A DNA stretch of 64,000 nt from Burkholderiales bacterium (GTDB lineage: Bacteria; Pseudomonadota; Gammaproteobacteria; Burkholderiales; Burkholderiaceae_C). The notes beneath the pieces were generated by a model that searched no databases, had not been told where the DNA came from, and worked only from the letters and a program-made list of their open reading frames with translations. Positions 60,868 through 64,000 of the stretch are shown piece after piece. The stretch is taken from positions 102 to 64,101 of the forward strand of contig JBBQKZ010000003.1 in NCBI GenBank assembly GCA_038327405.1, read 5' to 3'. The translations under genes and the position numbers were made by a program. Within the stretch, counting starts at the first letter, position 1, and the number at the start of each line of letters is the position of its first letter.

Positions 60868-61611
60868 ATGCCCAGCCGCCACCATCCGCCACCCGCCACG
60901 CCACGGCGCCACCCCGCTGCTGCCGCGTCGCGCAACGCGCAGCGCCCCGATCGCCAGCAGGCCATTCTTTTAGCCGCCGAGAAGCTGTTTGCGCAAAGTG
61001 GCTATCACGCCGTGACGATCCGCCAGATCGCCGAAGAAGCTGGCGTGCCGCTGGCGCTGGTGGGCTATTACTACGGTCCCAAACACGAGCTGTTTCACGC
61101 CATCTTCGTGCACTGGCAGGCCACGGCCGAGCAGCGGCTGGCGCTGCTGCAGGAGGCCACGCAATCACCCGGCAAGGGCGACCGGTTGCGCCAGGTGGTG
61201 GAGGCGTTCGTGCTGCCGGTGCTGGAACAGCGCGCCAGCGCCGAAGGCGAGTACTACGCGCAACTGGTGGCCCGCGAACTGTCGCGCAAGACGCCGGAGA
61301 CCCAGCGGGTGCTCACCGAATTCTTCGATCCACTGGCGCATCGCTTCATCGACGCGTTGCACGCTGCTCGCCCCGGCAACGATCGCGCAATGGCGGCATG
61401 GGCTTACCAGTTTTCGCTCGGGGCATTGCTGCACCACATCAGCGACCACCGCATGCACGAGCTTTCGCGCGCGTGCAATCACGACAACGATCCAGCGGCA
61501 GGCGCGCTGTTGATCAGTTTCATCGCAGCAGGCGTGTCCGCGCTGCTGCCCGTTTCCCGCACCCCGCGCCGCAGAGCGCCCCCTTCATCCACCGCCAGGA
61601 GACAACCATGA
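60868..61611 (+). CDS. TetR-family regulator
   Basis: AILLAAEKLFAQSGYHAVTIRQIAEEAGVPLALVGYYYGPKHELF; start uncertain. Confidence 0.88.
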   Translation: MPSRHHPPPATPRRHPAAAASRNAQRPDRQQAILLAAEKLFAQSGYHAVTIRQIAEEAGVPLALVGYYYGPKHELFHAIFVHWQATAEQRLALLQEATQSPGKGDRLRQVVEAFVLPVLEQRASAEGEYYAQLVARELSRKTPETQRVLTEFFDPLAHRFIDALHAARPGNDRAMAAWAYQFSLGALLHHISDHRMHELSRACNHDNDPAAGALLISFIAAGVSALLPVSRTPRRRAPPSSTARRQP

Positions 61612-62681
61612 ATAGACGCATTTTCAAGGCCACATTGCTGACCTCCGCCCTCACGCTGGGCGGCCTTTGCAGCGCGCAGGCCCAGCAGGTGATCAAGCTC
61701 ACCGCGGCCGGTGGCCACCCCCCGGTGTTCCTGTGGGTCAAGCTGCTCGACGAGTTCTACATTCCTGAAGTGGACCGGCGCCTGGCCGCAGCCGGCAATG
61801 CCCACAAGGTGGAATGGACCAAGGCCTGGGGCGGCACGCTGATCAAGATCGGCAGCGAGTCCAAAGGCATTTCCGACGGAGTGGCCGACTTCGGCTTTGT
61901 CGGCACGCTGTTCGAAGCCGCCCGGTTTCCGATGCAGAACGTCAGCTACGTGACTCCCTTCGGCACCGAGAACCTCGGCGCTGTCGGCGCCATCGTGGCC
62001 GACATGCAAAAGACCATTCCCGCCATGGGCGACACTTGGACGAAAAACGGGCTGGTGTACCTGGGCGGCACGGCGCTGGACACCTACCACCTCTGGACCA
62101 ACTTCCCGGTGAAGTCGATCGACGACCTCAAGGGCAAGAAGATCAGCGCGCCCGGCCCGTCGGCCAACTGGATACGCAACACCGGCGCGGTAGCGGTGGC
62201 GGGCTCGCTGCCCACCTACTATGAAGACATCAAGTCGGGCGTGTCGAACGGTGCCATCACCTTCAGCACCGGTGCCTGGGGCGCCAAGCTGCACGAGGTC
62301 GCCCCCTACGTCACCAAGGTGAATTTCGGCTCGATGTTCGCCGGTGCCATCGTGATGAACAAGCGCCGCTTCGACGGACTGCCGCCCGCGGTGCAGCAGG
62401 TGTTTCGCGAGGTGGGCGTGGAGTACGACAAGCGCTTTGCCGAAGCCCAGAACACCACCGCCAACGCGCTGCTGCAAAGGATGGGCGAGGCCGGTGCCAC
62501 CATCAGTGAGTTGCCCGCCGCCGAGCGCAAGCGCTGGGCCGACACCATCCCCAACGTCGCGCAGACCTGGGCGGCCGACCTGCAAAGCAAGGGCGCACCC
62601 GGCGAAGAGGTGCTCAAGGCCTACATGGACGGGCTGAAGAAGAGCGGCGCCAATCTGCCGCGCGACTGGTCTGCCAAGTAA
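61608..62681 (+). CDS. dctP: TRAP transporter substrate-binding protein
   Basis: Signal peptide, DDLKGKKI, YEDIKSGV, MNKRRFDGLP; ATG 61608 after AGGAG. Confidence 0.88.
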   Translation: MNRRIFKATLLTSALTLGGLCSAQAQQVIKLTAAGGHPPVFLWVKLLDEFYIPEVDRRLAAAGNAHKVEWTKAWGGTLIKIGSESKGISDGVADFGFVGTLFEAARFPMQNVSYVTPFGTENLGAVGAIVADMQKTIPAMGDTWTKNGLVYLGGTALDTYHLWTNFPVKSIDDLKGKKISAPGPSANWIRNTGAVAVAGSLPTYYEDIKSGVSNGAITFSTGAWGAKLHEVAPYVTKVNFGSMFAGAIVMNKRRFDGLPPAVQQVFREVGVEYDKRFAEAQNTTANALLQRMGEAGATISELPAAERKRWADTIPNVAQTWAADLQSKGAPGEEVLKAYMDGLKKSGANLPRDWSAK

Positions 62682-62694
62682 CGCTGGAGCCTGC

Positions 62695-63294
62695 ATGACC
62701 GTGCCCACGCCGAGCCTCAGCGAGACCACTGCCCAGGGCGCCACTTCGCCCGACGCCTACAACCAGCCGCTGCCCTGGGGCTTGCACCACCTGACCCAGG
62801 GGCTGAATGCGCTGGGTACGCTGATCATCATCGGCTTGATGCTGCTCATCAACAGCGACATCGTCGGGCGCACCGCGTTCGACACACCGGTGCGCGGCGT
62901 GACCGAGCTGGTGTCGTTGTCGATCGTGGGCATCGTGTTCCTGCAGCTCGCCGACACGCTGCGCAGCGGGCGCTTCACCCGTGCGGACATGCTGCTCGAC
63001 CGGCTCAAACGTACCCGGCCGGCACTGGCTGCGGCTCTGCAGGCGCTCTACCACCTGCTGGGCGCTGCCCTGATGCTGATCATTCTCTGGGCAGCCTGGC
63101 CTTCGCTGGTGGACTCCATCCGCATCCGGGAGTACGTGGGTGCGCTGGGCGACTTCACGGCGCCGGTGTGGCCCGTGCGCCTGATGATGCTGGTGGGCCT
63201 GAGCGTGACCGCCCTGACCTTCGTGCTGCTGGCCGCCATGGACGTGAAACGGGCCACCCGACTCGCGGCGCATGCCAGGGAAGCCATTTCATGA
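62695..63294 (+). CDS. dctQ: TRAP transporter small permease
   Basis: 4 TM segments, DIVGR..F..P..GVTEL pattern; located between dctP and dctM. Confidence 0.88.
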   Translation: MTVPTPSLSETTAQGATSPDAYNQPLPWGLHHLTQGLNALGTLIIIGLMLLINSDIVGRTAFDTPVRGVTELVSLSIVGIVFLQLADTLRSGRFTRADMLLDRLKRTRPALAAALQALYHLLGAALMLIILWAAWPSLVDSIRIREYVGALGDFTAPVWPVRLMMLVGLSVTALTFVLLAAMDVKRATRLAAHAREAIS

Positions 63295-64000
63295 GCGCCA
63301 CCACAGTCTCGGTGCTTTCGCTGGTGCTGATGCTGGTGCTGATCTGGGGTGGCCTGCATGTGGCCGTGGTGCTGGGCCTGGTGTCCTTCGTCGGCATCTG
63401 GATCATCCGGGGCGACGTGGGCGTGGCCGCCAACCTGCTGGCACAGGCTTCCAACGACGCGATCGCCAGCCACATCTTCGGCGTGGTGCCGCTGTTCGTG
63501 CTCACCGGTTTTCTGGTCGCCAAGGCCGACATCGGCAAGGACGCGTTCGAGGTCGCCAACCAGCTGTTGCGCCGCTTGCGTGGAGGGTTGGGCGTGGCCA
63601 CCGTGGCGTCCAACGCGGTGTTCGCCGCCATCACCGGCATCTCGATCGCATCGGCCGCCGTGTTCACCCGCGTGGCCGTTCCGCAGATGATGCGCTTCGG
63701 CTACCAGCCGCGCTTCGCGGTGGGTGTGGTGGCGGGCTCGTCGGTGCTGGGCATGCTGATCCCGCCCAGCCTGCTGATGATCCTGTACGGCTTTCTCGCC
63801 AACCAGTCGGTGGGCGACCTGTTCACCGCCGGCATCGTGCCCGGTCTGTTGCTGGCGTTTGCGTTTGCCATCGGAATCGTGCTGGCCGCGTACTTCAAGC
63901 CTTCGCTGGTGTACGCCAGCGGTGAAATGCCGGTGCCTGACGGCGAGGACATGGGGCCCGGCACGCTGCTGCTCAAGCTGGTACCCATCGTGTTGATGAT
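63291..64000 (+). CDS. dctM: TRAP transporter large permease (5' part; runs off the window edge)
   Basis: From ATG 63291: VPLFVLTG, GGLGVA, FAAITGISIAS, LGMLIPPSLLMILYG, GDLFTAGIVPG. Confidence 0.9.
   Translation, partial: MSATTVSVLSLVLMLVLIWGGLHVAVVLGLVSFVGIWIIRGDVGVAANLLAQASNDAIASHIFGVVPLFVLTGFLVAKADIGKDAFEVANQLLRRLRGGLGVATVASNAVFAAITGISIASAAVFTRVAVPQMMRFGYQPRFAVGVVAGSSVLGMLIPPSLLMILYGFLANQSVGDLFTAGIVPGLLLAFAFAIGIVLAAYFKPSLVYASGEMPVPDGEDMGPGTLLLKLVPIVLM

Overview
GC-rich betaproteobacterial chromosome segment; gene content and style suggest Comamonadaceae, e.g. Hydrogenophaga-like (inference). There is no CRISPR array, rRNA, tRNA or intact transposase/integrase. The housekeeping backbone is lrgB-cidA-glcF-glcE, amtB-glnK with a sigma54 promoter, yifB/comM, an aldehyde dehydrogenase, recQ, ilvA, pckG, argP-like/dadA-like, acetoacetate-CoA ligase and a TRAP transporter. 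Methionine synthase is split into two genes about 23.7 kb apart, and the C-terminal half has its own SAH riboswitch. The interval between the halves holds the most interesting system, an apparent sigma54 regulon. It comprises a NifA/CynF-like activator, a rhodanese-OsmC-ACAD-fold flavoprotein-rubredoxin/reductase operon, and a cyanate-type ABC transporter-cyanase-DUF1348 operon. Both operons have a clear -24/-12 promoter and a related upstream palindrome. I hypothesise a sulfur-stripping route (thiocyanate or a related N-S compound to cyanate to ammonium). The interval also holds a low-GC HEPN/AbiU2-like gene, an XRE regulator next to a motif-dead relic of a type III restriction subunit, an RlmN paralogue, two pirins and a VapBC pair. 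Three REP-like palindrome families recur, and two copies lie in frame inside genes. A TctC/Bug gene is a triple-lesion pseudogene. Family assignments come from motif recognition, not database searches.
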